This document shows, one piece after another, positions 38,443 to 48,247 of a stretch of DNA of 55,431 nucleotides; position 1 is the stretch's first letter; each line of letters opens with the position of its first letter. A program made the translations under genes and the position numbers. Origin of the DNA: Candidatus Zhuqueibacterota bacterium (GTDB taxonomy: Bacteria; BS750m-G25); assembly GCA_016783505.1 (NCBI GenBank), contig JADHWK010000013.1, positions 1 to 55,431 on the forward strand, given 5' to 3'. The notes under the pieces are model-generated. The model searched no databases and was not told where the DNA came from. It saw nothing but the letters and a program-made list of their open reading frames with translations.

Positions 38443-38454
38443 CCTAAATCCAGA

Positions 38455-38600
38455 AATTCAACACCGAAAAACACTGAATTTAGATCCTTACTTTTCCAGA
38501 AACTCATAACGACAAGACTCATTTAATCTAATACTTAGTGCAAAGCATTTGATATTTGTTTTTTCGGTTATTTTAGTGTTATTCGGTGTTTTCCGAATTT
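38455..38600. repeat. Inverted ~10-nt repeat arrays (AACACCGAAT type) filling the intergenic space
   Basis: AACACCGAAAAACACTGAA on + versus TTTTAGTGTTATTCGGTGTTTT; shares exact 12- and 17-nt blocks with 46852-46910. Confidence 0.65.
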
Positions 38601-38604
38601 GGGT

Positions 38605-39690
38605 TCATCTGAATTTCGGAAGGCCAATGAGAATTCTTTCCAAATCATGAATCATCTTATCAAGTGAAAATTCCTTATGGACCCTCCTTTTCGCCGTAAT
38701 GGTAATCTTTTGTCTGAGATCAGAATTAACCATCATTTCTTGGATTAATCTGCTGAGGCCAACTTCATCGCCAAATTCCACCAGAAAACCGTCACTCTTG
38801 TGGTTTATTATTTCCTCAATCCCCGGCACCCGGGTGGCAATCACCGGCACCCCACATGACCAGGCCTCCAAGATGACATTGGGCACCCCCTCAAACCTGG
38901 AGGATGATACCAGAAGATCAAGCTGGGGGATGACCGCTTCGATATTCTTTCGAAAACCGGCGAAAATGACCTGTCCCTGAAGATTCAACCTTTTGGTTAA
39001 ATCCTCTAGTGTTCCCCTTTCCCGCCCCTCGCCCACGATGATCAGTTTGCACCCGTTGCTCTGGGACGTCAGCCTAGCGAAAGTACGGAGGAGAAAGTCA
39101 AACCCTTTCTGGTGGGCCAGGCGGCCGACTCCCCCAATGATGAAGGTTTCCTTTCCAATGCCAAATTCAAGTCGGATTCCGTCCTTCCTTTGGGGAGATT
39201 CCGCCGGCGCCACCCCATTATAAAGAACCTCGACCTTGGATGGGTCAACCCACGATGCCCCACCTAATTCTTCCTTTATGGCTCTTGCATTGACGATTAT
39301 TTTGTCGGGCAAAACCCCGTATTCCAGCCTGTCCTTCCAGTAATTTCGCATGGTCCTGGTAATTCCTAACCGGATGGCTACGGGACGCCCCATCAGTTTA
39401 GCCGCAAGCCCCCCCAACCAGTAATCTTTGACTTTGGTGGGGATAACTACGTCAATAGAATAATTTCGCATCATATAGGCTAATCTACCGACAGTAAAAA
39501 CATCCCCATCATTGAAAAAGTGTAGGTGGTGATAGGTGATAGAAAAGACTGTATTTCTTTCCCGAAATATGGGGGAACGACAACAGATATGGACCCGGTG
39601 GCCTCGAGCAGCCAATCCCTGGGCGGCGAGCAGGGTCCATTTCTCATTGCCCCCCCAATGAAGAGCCGAATTTATAAACATTACGTTCAC
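38605..39690 (-). CDS. GT4 glycosyltransferase
   Basis: WGGNEKW, GRL..QKG, EGVPNVILEA. Confidence 0.9.
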   Translation of the reverse strand: MNVMFINSALHWGGNEKWTLLAAQGLAARGHRVHICCRSPIFRERNTVFSITYHHLHFFNDGDVFTVGRLAYMMRNYSIDVVIPTKVKDYWLGGLAAKLMGRPVAIRLGITRTMRNYWKDRLEYGVLPDKIIVNARAIKEELGGASWVDPSKVEVLYNGVAPAESPQRKDGIRLEFGIGKETFIIGGVGRLAHQKGFDFLLRTFARLTSQSNGCKLIIVGEGRERGTLEDLTKRLNLQGQVIFAGFRKNIEAVIPQLDLLVSSSRFEGVPNVILEAWSCGVPVIATRVPGIEEIINHKSDGFLVEFGDEVGLSRLIQEMMVNSDLRQKITITAKRRVHKEFSLDKMIHDLERILIGLPKFR

Positions 39691-41549
39691 GTCTTGTCGG
39701 TGCCAAACTGCATCTGGTACAGTCGGCGATAGATCCCCCTTTTTTTTATTAACTCATGATGGGTTCCTTCCTCCACAATCCTTCCCTCCTCCAGGACGAC
39801 GATCCGGTCAGCCCGTTTGACGGTGGACAGGCGATGTGCGATAACCAACACGGTGCGTTCCTCCATCAACCGCTCGATAGCCGCCTGCACCAACCTCTCC
39901 GATTCCGTATCCAGAGCGGCAGTGGCCTCATCCAATATCAGGATGGGCGGGTTTTTAAGCAGGGCACGGGCTATAGCCAGTCGTTGCCGCTGCCCACCGG
40001 AAAGCTTCGTCCCCCGTTCACCAATGGATGTTTCGAAACCCCGATCCATGTGCTGGATAAACCCCAAGGCGTTGGCCGCCCGGGCTGCCGCCTCGATCCG
40101 ATCCTGGTCTACATCCCTGAGACCGTAGGCGATATTGTTACGCACGGTATCATTGAACAAGATTGTCTCCTGAGTGACGATACCAATAAGATCTCGCAAA
40201 GACTTCAGGGTAACATCCCGCAGGTCTATCCCATCTATTTCCATCCTACCGGAAGTGGGATCGTAAAAGCGGGGCAGTAGGTCCACCAGGGTGGACTTCC
40301 CCGCCCCACTGGAGCCCACCAAGGCTAACACCTCGCCCTTCCTTATTTCTAAATTGATGTCCCTGAGAACAAGGTCATTTTTCTCGTTGTATTTGAAGTG
40401 AACCCCATGATAGGAAATTCTATCCTTGAAATTCCTGAGGGATATCGCCCCCTTGCGGTCTATGATGCGGGGTTCTGTTTCCAAGAGATCAAAGACCCGC
40501 TGGGCAGCCGCCAGACCCTGCTGGATATAATTATTGAGTCCCCCCAGGTTTCTTAAGGGTTGAACCAGGGCGAACAGCACGATGATAAAGCGCATAAAGT
40601 CCTCCGGGGTAAGCAGTCCCCCGTGAAGGACCTCCCTTCCCCCATACCATAGTAAAAATACCCCCATGGCTAACCCCAGGGACTCTGAAAGAGGGGAGGA
40701 CAGGCTCTGCAATTTCTTTTGCCTGAAGACGATTTTGAAGTACTTTTCGGTCTCCCGTTTGAAGCGGTTCACCTCGAAGAGTTCCATGGCAAAAGCCTTC
40801 ACGATCCGAATACCGGCCAGGGTCTCCTGCATGATAGTGGTGATGCCGGCAATCTGTTGTAAGGATCTCCGGCTCTTGCGCCGGATGCTCTGGCCAATTT
40901 TGGTGATCAATACCGCACTGAGGGGAAGCAGAATGAGGGAAATCAGGGTCAATTTCCAGCTGATGATGAACAGAATTCCCAAGAAGATGAGGATGTTGAT
41001 GGGCTCCCGCAGGATTTTCTCGAATGAGTTTCCGATCACCGTGTTCAAAATAGTCACATCGTTGGTCATGATGGAGATTAACTCCCCGGTTTTTTTATCG
41101 CTAAAATAATGTAAAGAGAGTCGATGCAGATGTTCGTAGATTCTATCCCGCAGGTTCTGCACTACTCGATGTTCCACGTAAGCGGAAAGAAGCACCTGAC
41201 AATAGCGGAAGAAATTTTTAAGGAGGAAGGAAAATAGGATAACCAGGCACAGGATCTTCAAAGTAAGCAGCGTATCCTCTCGCTGTATAAATTGTCGGGT
41301 CTGATCTTTTAAGTAATTGTTTAAATTGAAAGGATATAGCTCCTGTTTCGGGAGCGATTGGACATTCTTATCTATTTTCTCTACTTCTCTAACATTTTCC
41401 TGCCCCGAGAAGATGGTGTTAATAAACATGGGTGCCATCCAAATGGCAAGACTATTAAACAGCACATAAAACATAGAAAAAATAATGGCGGTAGAAATAT
41501 GTTTCCAGTAGGGCTTAAAGAATTTGATGACTTTAAAATATAATTTCAT
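39687..41549 (-). CDS. msbA: Lipid A/LPS ABC exporter MsbA-like
   Basis: TM domain plus GSSGAGKST, LSGGQRQR, ILDEAT, IAHRLST. Confidence 0.85.
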   Translation of the reverse strand: MKLYFKVIKFFKPYWKHISTAIIFSMFYVLFNSLAIWMAPMFINTIFSGQENVREVEKIDKNVQSLPKQELYPFNLNNYLKDQTRQFIQREDTLLTLKILCLVILFSFLLKNFFRYCQVLLSAYVEHRVVQNLRDRIYEHLHRLSLHYFSDKKTGELISIMTNDVTILNTVIGNSFEKILREPINILIFLGILFIISWKLTLISLILLPLSAVLITKIGQSIRRKSRRSLQQIAGITTIMQETLAGIRIVKAFAMELFEVNRFKRETEKYFKIVFRQKKLQSLSSPLSESLGLAMGVFLLWYGGREVLHGGLLTPEDFMRFIIVLFALVQPLRNLGGLNNYIQQGLAAAQRVFDLLETEPRIIDRKGAISLRNFKDRISYHGVHFKYNEKNDLVLRDINLEIRKGEVLALVGSSGAGKSTLVDLLPRFYDPTSGRMEIDGIDLRDVTLKSLRDLIGIVTQETILFNDTVRNNIAYGLRDVDQDRIEAAARAANALGFIQHMDRGFETSIGERGTKLSGGQRQRLAIARALLKNPPILILDEATAALDTESERLVQAAIERLMEERTVLVIAHRLSTVKRADRIVVLEEGRIVEEGTHHELIKKRGIYRRLYQMQFGTDKT

Positions 41550-41733
41550 AACTAAACCTCACTGTCCGCTTATTTTAATACAATCTGTAAAATGTTGGTC
41601 ATTGATTAGTAGTACACTCACCACTCACTCTATAATTAACGAACTGCCTATCAAAATTATCGAAACATGAGTAGAGACTGTTAATACTGAATCTTATACA
41701 AAACCCCGTTTTTTGCCTGATGGTCTGCTATCG

Positions 41734-42648
41734 TTACCGTTTTAAAAGACGGTAGTTCCTATATTCGCCCAGCCTCCTCCCCCCCAGGAATTTGTTTTCG
41801 ATAAAAGATAAGAAGCGGTATTTAAATCTCTCGTGTTTGAGGGGGTTGCCAGAGGGATCTGGTTTTCCATTCATCCGCAGTTTATCCCCCCAATCCATCG
41901 CCCCAATCCTTCCCGCCATCACCGCAGGATGGGTTCCCCCGAAGGTGGCCAATTTGTCTAAAGGACCGTAATCAAAGTAGGCCGGGGCTTCTTTGAACCT
42001 TTCCGCCACCTTTTCTTCGCCCCAATGGATGGCATCCAGCGCCTTACGCTTATTCTGCATCAAATGGGGGGGCCTTACCCAACCGTAATGGAATATTTCA
42101 GCATCAACCGCAGCCACCTTTAGCTTTCTACCATTTATGCGAAAGGATTGAGCGCTCAAATAGGACTTCATCCCGATCCCATTGCGGACGATGCGTATTT
42201 CCCGCGAATACCAACCGTGGCTGTTTTGATAGTGCCAATAATCACCCCAGAAATGTTTATACCGGAACAATAACCCCTCCACTTCCCGGTCTTCTAACAA
42301 TTGTTGACATCTTGCGACAATTGCAGGAAGATATTTCTCATGCACAACTTCGTCGGCTTGCAGGTAAAAGCACCAGTCCCCGGAGCACCCGTCCAGGGCG
42401 ATATTGGTCTGGATGGCGTTGATGTGACCGTGATATTCCTGTTGGAAACTCTCCCAGGCAGTGTCTATGATCCCTATCTTGGGATCGCCGATCCCCAGGA
42501 TAGCTTCCTTGGTATGATCGTCGGGGTCGCCTTCACCCACGGCGATTATAAATTCATCGCAAATAGGAAGTACTGACTTTATGGATTCCACCACCGGAAA
42601 GTAAAGCTTCAACCCGTTGCGGACGAATGAGAAACCAGAAATTTTCAT
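41734..42648 (-). CDS. GT2-like glycosyltransferase (Bacteroidota-type)
   Basis: MKISGFSFVRNG, LQADEV, HYGWVRPP. Confidence 0.8.
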   Translation of the reverse strand: MKISGFSFVRNGLKLYFPVVESIKSVLPICDEFIIAVGEGDPDDHTKEAILGIGDPKIGIIDTAWESFQQEYHGHINAIQTNIALDGCSGDWCFYLQADEVVHEKYLPAIVARCQQLLEDREVEGLLFRYKHFWGDYWHYQNSHGWYSREIRIVRNGIGMKSYLSAQSFRINGRKLKVAAVDAEIFHYGWVRPPHLMQNKRKALDAIHWGEEKVAERFKEAPAYFDYGPLDKLATFGGTHPAVMAGRIGAMDWGDKLRMNGKPDPSGNPLKHERFKYRFLSFIENKFLGGRRLGEYRNYRLLKR

Positions 42649-42663
42649 CTATCAAATATTCCT

Positions 42664-43431
42664 TTACTCTTCGGGTTTATCAGGGTTGAATTGATATAAT
42701 TCCCATAATTTTAGATATTTCATAAAAACGTAAAAGCTACCTATTATTGAGATGAAAAAACCTGTTTTTCCATCCAAAAATCCCGCTTTGATAAAATAGG
42801 TTTTGATGAACTTAACAGGAGGATTGAAAAAAATATTCAACAGCGAAGGTTTCCTACCTTTTTTATATAATTCCTGTGCTGAAATAGTCGTATAAGAATT
42901 CATCTTACGGATATGCACGGTAATATTTTCGTAGGTATAATGGAATAAATCCCCTTTGAGTTTGCCGCAGGTGCCGTTTAAAATGACTTTCTCGTGTAGA
43001 TCAATGCCGCCCCAACGCCCTTTTGCACGGTGAAATAGGCGAATTTTATAATCGGGATACCAGCCACCGTGACGAATCCACCTGCCAAGATAATAGACCT
43101 TCCGGGCAACTTTGTATCCGTCATAAGAAAAGCCTCGTTTCCACATCCCAAGAATTGCAGATTGAAGTTCCGGTGATATTTCTTCATCGGCATCGAGGGA
43201 GAAAATCCAATCGTAAGTGGCACAATCAACGGCATAGTTTTTCTGCTGAACATAACCAAGCCATTCATGCTGAATAACATGTTCCGTATATTCCCGGCAA
43301 ATTTCAACGGTTTTATCCGTGCTGAATGAATCCACAACAACAATTTCATCCGCCCAACGAACACTCTCAAGACAACGACGGATATTACTTTCTTCGTTAA
43401 ATGTGATAATGGTAACCGAGATTTTTCCCAT
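42664..43431 (-). CDS. GT2 glycosyltransferase (WaaE/KdtX-like LPS core)
   Basis: VVDSFSTDKT, LDADE, WYPD..IRLF, HE, GFLDG..G. Confidence 0.85.
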   Translation of the reverse strand: MGKISVTIITFNEESNIRRCLESVRWADEIVVVDSFSTDKTVEICREYTEHVIQHEWLGYVQQKNYAVDCATYDWIFSLDADEEISPELQSAILGMWKRGFSYDGYKVARKVYYLGRWIRHGGWYPDYKIRLFHRAKGRWGGIDLHEKVILNGTCGKLKGDLFHYTYENITVHIRKMNSYTTISAQELYKKGRKPSLLNIFFNPPVKFIKTYFIKAGFLDGKTGFFISIIGSFYVFMKYLKLWELYQFNPDKPEE

Positions 43432-43445
43432 ACTTGGTTTTTTGG

Positions 43446-44531
43446 CTATAAAATGCTTTTAAACAGAGCTTCAAGTTGGTCATAAATCACAGTTGCTGAA
43501 AATTTAGTTTGGGCAATCTGTCTGCCAGCATTCCCCATCCGCTTGCGAAGGGAGGGATCTGTTTCCAATTGAATGATTCTATGCGCAAAAGCATCGGCAT
43601 CATTGACGGGAACGAGAAAGCCACTCTGGTTATCCGCAACAATTTCAGGCAAACTGCTGGTATTGGATGCGACAACGAGTTTTCCCATTAATTGCGCTTC
43701 CAGGGCTGTAAAGCAAAAGCCTTCAAATATGGATGGGATTACGATAACATCGCACGCTTCATAATAGGGTTGAACTATTTCAACGTGACCAACAAATTTG
43801 CATACCGCTGCAATGCCCATTTGAGCCGCCTGATTTTGAAGCCCCGTTTTGAGTTCCCCATCCCCGACAATAAGAAGTTTTGTGTTGGGATGCACTTCAA
43901 GAATTTTAGGGAGTGCATTGAAAAGCGTTTGATGACCTTTTTGTTTTGTCAATCGGGCAATGATGCCAATGACAAATGTGTCAACCGAAATCGCTAATTC
44001 TTCCCGGATGTTTCGGGGTGGATAAGAAAGGAATGCTCCTGCATTAATTGAATTGTGAATCGTCCGGATATTTTCTTTAGGAAACCACGTAAAACTATCC
44101 GCAATTGTTTTGCGTGTGGCGTAAGAATTGGCGATAATCAAATCTACATTTTCAAATGCCCGGCGATGAAAAATATGGTTCCCCAACGGCTTGTCCAACC
44201 CTCGTCGGAAAATTAGTGGAATTTTTTTTCGCAAGGGTTGAATCCGGTTGGCTAACCGAATATCCTGTCCCGAATTGGCAACCCAAAGATGGGGAGGATC
44301 TGTCTTTATCAAATGCTTAAGATATCGAATTACCGAAAATCGTTTCCACAATGATGATGGAATAGGAATTGATGAAATATTAGTCACATTAATTTTTTTG
44401 AGTAGTTTTCCATTTTCCGCCGCGATAACGCTAACCTCGTGACCCCGCCGGACAAACTCCAATGCAGTTTGAAATGTCCACAATTCCCCACCGCCCCAAA
44501 GCGGCATAATATTGATGAAGGTGAGTTTCAT
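43446..44531 (-). CDS. GT4 glycosyltransferase
   Basis: WGGGELW, RL.KQKG, EGFCFTALEA. Confidence 0.88.
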   Translation of the reverse strand: MKLTFINIMPLWGGGELWTFQTALEFVRRGHEVSVIAAENGKLLKKINVTNISSIPIPSSLWKRFSVIRYLKHLIKTDPPHLWVANSGQDIRLANRIQPLRKKIPLIFRRGLDKPLGNHIFHRRAFENVDLIIANSYATRKTIADSFTWFPKENIRTIHNSINAGAFLSYPPRNIREELAISVDTFVIGIIARLTKQKGHQTLFNALPKILEVHPNTKLLIVGDGELKTGLQNQAAQMGIAAVCKFVGHVEIVQPYYEACDVIVIPSIFEGFCFTALEAQLMGKLVVASNTSSLPEIVADNQSGFLVPVNDADAFAHRIIQLETDPSLRKRMGNAGRQIAQTKFSATVIYDQLEALFKSIL

Positions 44532-44656
44532 GGTTTTTTCATCCAGCGGTCCTCTTAAAGAAGAAAAAATGAATCCCCAACCCGAAACTTGAACAAATAA
44601 ACAGTGGAGTTATGATCTTATTCTGAAGAATGGTTTAGCTAAATGAAACATCCTTT

Positions 44657-46810
44657 TCAATTAATTTCAAGGTCAACTTCAATACCCCCTCGGATGGGAA
44701 TTACAAAGTCATTTTTAATGATCCCCTCCCCTGTATGCGTAAACCAATCAAACAATTCCCCCTTCAGTCGGTCACGGACCCCGGGAAGCTTATCAGCAAG
44801 ATTATGATCCTCCATCGGGTCCTTTTTTACATCGTATAATTCATATTCCACACCCGCCCGGGTGGGCATGTAGATCAGTTTATAATCGTTGTTGCGCACC
44901 ACCCGGTGCTTGGCCATCTCTACTAAGTCCCGGTATTGATTCTTGAGGACAATTTCGTAGTTGGAGTCAAAGTCAATCTCCCCCAGCTCGGTGATGTCCG
45001 GATACCAGATGCGATGATGCTGAAAAAATTCATCCCCCTCCGGGGTATACCAGATCCCTGTCTCAGAAAAGGAGGTCAAGTGTAAACTTTCTACCTCCCC
45101 GCGCATTAGGGGCAAAAGGCTGACTCCCTCCATCCCCCCCGGGATCGTAATATCCATCATGTCCAGAAGGGTAGGGGTCAGGTCTATGGAACGGACCACA
45201 TCGTCAATCTGGGGTACGGGATACCTTTCGTAGGGGTTGTAGATAATAAGGGGAATTCGGGTGCTCACATCCCCCTGGAAATGGTCCCCGTGGCCCATCC
45301 CCCAGTCCTTCTCGTAGAGGTTCTCCCCGTGGTCCGATAGGACGACGATAATGGTGTTTCGATAGAGTCCCTCTTCTTTCAGAGTCTGAATAATGTGCCC
45401 CATCTCGTGATCCACCGCCAGGGTGGCCCCGTCGAAGATGGCTCGGATCTGGGCAATGTCCTCCGGGGACACCCGCTCCTTCGGATCGAGAAGGATCCGT
45501 TTATAATACTTGTAGGTGCCATCATAATCGGGATCGGTAAACTCTTTGTAGTAGGGATAAGGAGCCGGATAAGGGAAATGGGTAGTTGAGAAAAAGACGG
45601 TGATAAAAAAAGGTTTATCCTTAAGCTTCCGAATCGAGCGGCAGGTTTTCCTCCCAAGTCGGGCGGGGTCGGTAAGATAAGCAAATCCATTAAGGACAGG
45701 AAAGACCCCCCGCCCCAGCCCGTTGTTCAGGTAGGGAAGCAAAAAGGTATGAATCTCCAGACACCGCTGTTCGATCAGGGTAACGAAGTTAAAATATGGG
45801 GCATCCACGTAATCAAAGCCCAGATCAATGCGGGTGAATATGTCCCCGACAAAGTCGGAGACCACCGCTGACCGATACCCTTTCTCCTTCAAAATGGTGG
45901 GCAGCGTCACCCATTCCCGGTCCCTGTCCTCAATAGTGGGAAACATGTGCTTGATGCCGTGCTGGGCCGGATAAAGGGAAGTTAAGAAGGAAACCCAAGC
46001 GGGGAAGGTGCGGGGCAGCTGGGTGAAAGCGTTATTAAAATTCACAGATTCCTTCAACAACTCATCAATATGGGGGGTTGTCTTTCGGAAATACCCGTTA
46101 CCGAAGATGTGGTCGGGGCGGTAGGAATCTGCGGAGAGAATTAGAATATTAAGATGAGGGTTATGGGATATATTTTTTTTTCTGGGAATTAAGACCAGGG
46201 CAACGACCAACCCCAGCAGCAGGGGCAAACCAATCCGTAGGGGCTTATAAACCTGAACCCAACTTAAATGGGGTAAAATTTTTCGAAGCATGAACCAAAA
46301 AACTACCACCAGAAAGATCAGAAGTCCGGCCCATCCCAAAGAATTCAAAAGGCTGGCGCTTAAGCTATCGGTAACCCACACCTGAAAATCCCTTAGAAAT
46401 CCGCCCCGGTTGAAGAATGCCTCGCAGTAGAGTTGAGGGTAATTCAGGATAGACCGCACCAAAAAATAGAGGGCTACAGCCGCCAGGGTTACCAAGTTCA
46501 GCAAAATCTGGGGGACGGTTTTCAGCCTTCGATTAAAGGTAAAATACCAGAATAGTCCGGATAGCGTCCCCCAAAAAATGCCCAAGGTCGCATAGGCGAG
46601 GGCAATCCTCACCTGATAAAAAATGATCTTCCCCATGAACATCCCGGTTACTACCTCTTCAATGGCCCGGTTCCGAACCCCGTAGACAGAAAAGCCCAAC
46701 TGGGAGGCCAGCACCAGGATAAACTGCAGCAGATAGAAAATTATTCCCACCGCAGCACCCAAAAGGATGGTCTTTAACAGGAATGATTTCGGCTTAATCC
46801 AAAAACTCAT
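44657..46810 (-). CDS. Membrane-anchored sulfatase/alkaline-phosphatase-superfamily enzyme (Thr nucleophile)
   Basis: N-terminal TM helices; NIL..S.DS.R.DH, TP.ID, PRTFPAW.S.LT, H.PY, SDHGE, ELYD...DP.E. Confidence 0.8.
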   Translation of the reverse strand: MSFWIKPKSFLLKTILLGAAVGIIFYLLQFILVLASQLGFSVYGVRNRAIEEVVTGMFMGKIIFYQVRIALAYATLGIFWGTLSGLFWYFTFNRRLKTVPQILLNLVTLAAVALYFLVRSILNYPQLYCEAFFNRGGFLRDFQVWVTDSLSASLLNSLGWAGLLIFLVVVFWFMLRKILPHLSWVQVYKPLRIGLPLLLGLVVALVLIPRKKNISHNPHLNILILSADSYRPDHIFGNGYFRKTTPHIDELLKESVNFNNAFTQLPRTFPAWVSFLTSLYPAQHGIKHMFPTIEDRDREWVTLPTILKEKGYRSAVVSDFVGDIFTRIDLGFDYVDAPYFNFVTLIEQRCLEIHTFLLPYLNNGLGRGVFPVLNGFAYLTDPARLGRKTCRSIRKLKDKPFFITVFFSTTHFPYPAPYPYYKEFTDPDYDGTYKYYKRILLDPKERVSPEDIAQIRAIFDGATLAVDHEMGHIIQTLKEEGLYRNTIIVVLSDHGENLYEKDWGMGHGDHFQGDVSTRIPLIIYNPYERYPVPQIDDVVRSIDLTPTLLDMMDITIPGGMEGVSLLPLMRGEVESLHLTSFSETGIWYTPEGDEFFQHHRIWYPDITELGEIDFDSNYEIVLKNQYRDLVEMAKHRVVRNNDYKLIYMPTRAGVEYELYDVKKDPMEDHNLADKLPGVRDRLKGELFDWFTHTGEGIIKNDFVIPIRGGIEVDLEIN

Positions 46811-46851
46811 GTCAATCTGATGTCCTTAATTGCACTTTTTCAAATTCAAAT

Positions 46852-46910
46852 CCGAATAACACTGAAAATCCCTAAAGAAACATTCTGAATCAAAAATATC
46901 AAATGCTTTG
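46852..46910 (+). repeat. Dispersed repeat shared (inverted) with 38541-38586
   Basis: Exact blocks CCGAATAACACT and AAATATCAAATGCTTTG. Confidence 0.7.
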
Positions 46911-46928
46911 ATTGAATTAACTGTTACT

Positions 46929-47015
46929 GAGATTCATCCCCCGAGTACTCGGGGTCGGAATGACAATATGGGGGATTGTCATTCTGGATTCGGTAAACGC
47001 CGGATGAAGAATCTC
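46929..47015. repeat. REP-like inverted doublet (GAGATTC...GAATGACAA / TTGTCATTC...GAATCTC) with internal perfect palindrome CCCCGAGTACTCGGGG
   Basis: Read directly; palindrome at 46939-46954. Confidence 0.7.
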
Positions 47016-47059
47016 GTTGTCTTCCTGAAACCCCTCCAAATGAGATCCGTCACAACAAA

Positions 47060-47136
47060 TAGAATGGTTGAGGAAACGAAAACCTTCCTCTTAATAGCAG
47101 TAATGATAAGTTTCGCTAACGCTGCACCCACTCTAC
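47060..47136. repeat. Degenerate GTAG-type REP doublet
   Basis: TAGAATGGTTGAGGAAACGAAAACC ... GTTTCGCTAACGCTGCACCCACTCTAC. Confidence 0.5.
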
Positions 47137-47153
47137 TAATTCTTCATTAATCT

Positions 47154-47183
47154 TTTCTGTGTTATTCCGTGGTAATCTGTGGT
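47154..47183 (-). repeat. Tandem 10-nt array (ACCACAGATT-ACCACGGAAT-AACACAGAAA)
   Basis: Begins 9 nt after the cobO stop. Confidence 0.75.
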
Positions 47184-47192
47184 TAGCTGTAG

Positions 47193-47717
47193 CTAATACT
47201 CAATACCCCTTCGGGCCTGGATGCCCTGCCGGTAATGGTGCTTGACCTCTCGCATTTCGGTTACCGTATCAGCCATAGCCATCAATTCAGGGGAAGCGTA
47301 GCGGCCGGTAAGAATAATTTCCATCCCTTTGGGTTTCTCCTTCAGTAGGTTAACTACCCCTGATGTCTCAATTAACCGGTAATCACAGGCCACGTTGATC
47401 TCGTCTAAGATGAGCAGATCACAGCCCTTCTTTTGCACGATTTGTGCCGCCATAGCTAGTCCCTGCTGGGCCAACTTCACGTCTTCGGGTTCGGGATTAT
47501 CCCTGTCCACAAACTCATCCCTTCCAAATTGATGGACAGTAAAACGGTGTAGATTTTCAATGCTGGCCAATTCCCCGTATTTTCGCCCCTTCATGAACTG
47601 GATCATGACCACCCGAAGTCCCTGCCCCGCGGCCCTCATCCCCTGCCCCACCGCCGCCGTCGTCTTCCCCTTACCGTTTCCAGTATAAACCTGGACGAAA
47701 CCCTGAAAGTTCTTCAT
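47193..47717 (-). CDS. cobO: Cob(I)yrinic acid a,c-diamide adenosyltransferase
   Basis: VYTGNGKGKTTAA, QFMKG, LILDE, LTGR, KH....G..AR.GIEY. Confidence 0.9.
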   Translation of the reverse strand: MKNFQGFVQVYTGNGKGKTTAAVGQGMRAAGQGLRVVMIQFMKGRKYGELASIENLHRFTVHQFGRDEFVDRDNPEPEDVKLAQQGLAMAAQIVQKKGCDLLILDEINVACDYRLIETSGVVNLLKEKPKGMEIILTGRYASPELMAMADTVTEMREVKHHYRQGIQARRGIEY

Positions 47718-47722
47718 TAAAA

Positions 47723-48223
47723 TCAATATATTTTTCGATAAATCATCTCATTTAGCCTGGGCAGAATGCGTTCAATCTCGGCCTTGATTTCATCAAAACA
47801 GGCCTTATACACCTCCATCCCCTGGCCGATGGGGTCTGGGATGGAATCCTCCTTAACTTCGTCATGTCGGTGGAAGGTTTTAAGCAGAAAGATTTTATCT
47901 TTCGCTTCGGGATATTCGGCCTTTAAAACCTCCTCGTGCTCCTCGGCCATGCATAAAATGAGGTCACTCCCCTTAACAAGCTTTCCGTTCACCATCTTGG
48001 TTCGGTGACGCATAATGTCAATCCTATCCTGCCAGGCGGCGGCGATGGCAAACGGGGTGGCCCCGGAACCGCCCAGGGTCCCAACCCCGGCGGAGACCAC
48101 ATTTACCTTAGACTTAATATCCGATGGGAGCATGGATTTCAGAAATCCCTCTGCCATAGGACTACGACAGGCGTTTCCAGTACAGACAAAGAGGATTTGA
48201 AATTTTTTATTCTTTCTCAGCAA
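47723..48223 (-). CDS. Low-molecular-weight protein Tyr/Arg phosphatase
   Basis: FVCTGNACRSPMAE P-loop, DP.G. Confidence 0.88.
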   Translation of the reverse strand: MLRKNKKFQILFVCTGNACRSPMAEGFLKSMLPSDIKSKVNVVSAGVGTLGGSGATPFAIAAAWQDRIDIMRHRTKMVNGKLVKGSDLILCMAEEHEEVLKAEYPEAKDKIFLLKTFHRHDEVKEDSIPDPIGQGMEVYKACFDEIKAEIERILPRLNEMIYRKIY

Positions 48224-48247
48224 GGTTTTCTCCTCTATTAACCATTC

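Noticed and set aside
41605-41680. Weak ACTC-rich arms (TACACTCACCACTCACTC / TGAGTAGAGACTG)
   Set aside because: Too degenerate to call as another inverted array.
46908-47150. Plus-strand 80-aa ORF
   Set aside because: Composed of REP-like repeats; no coding signal.
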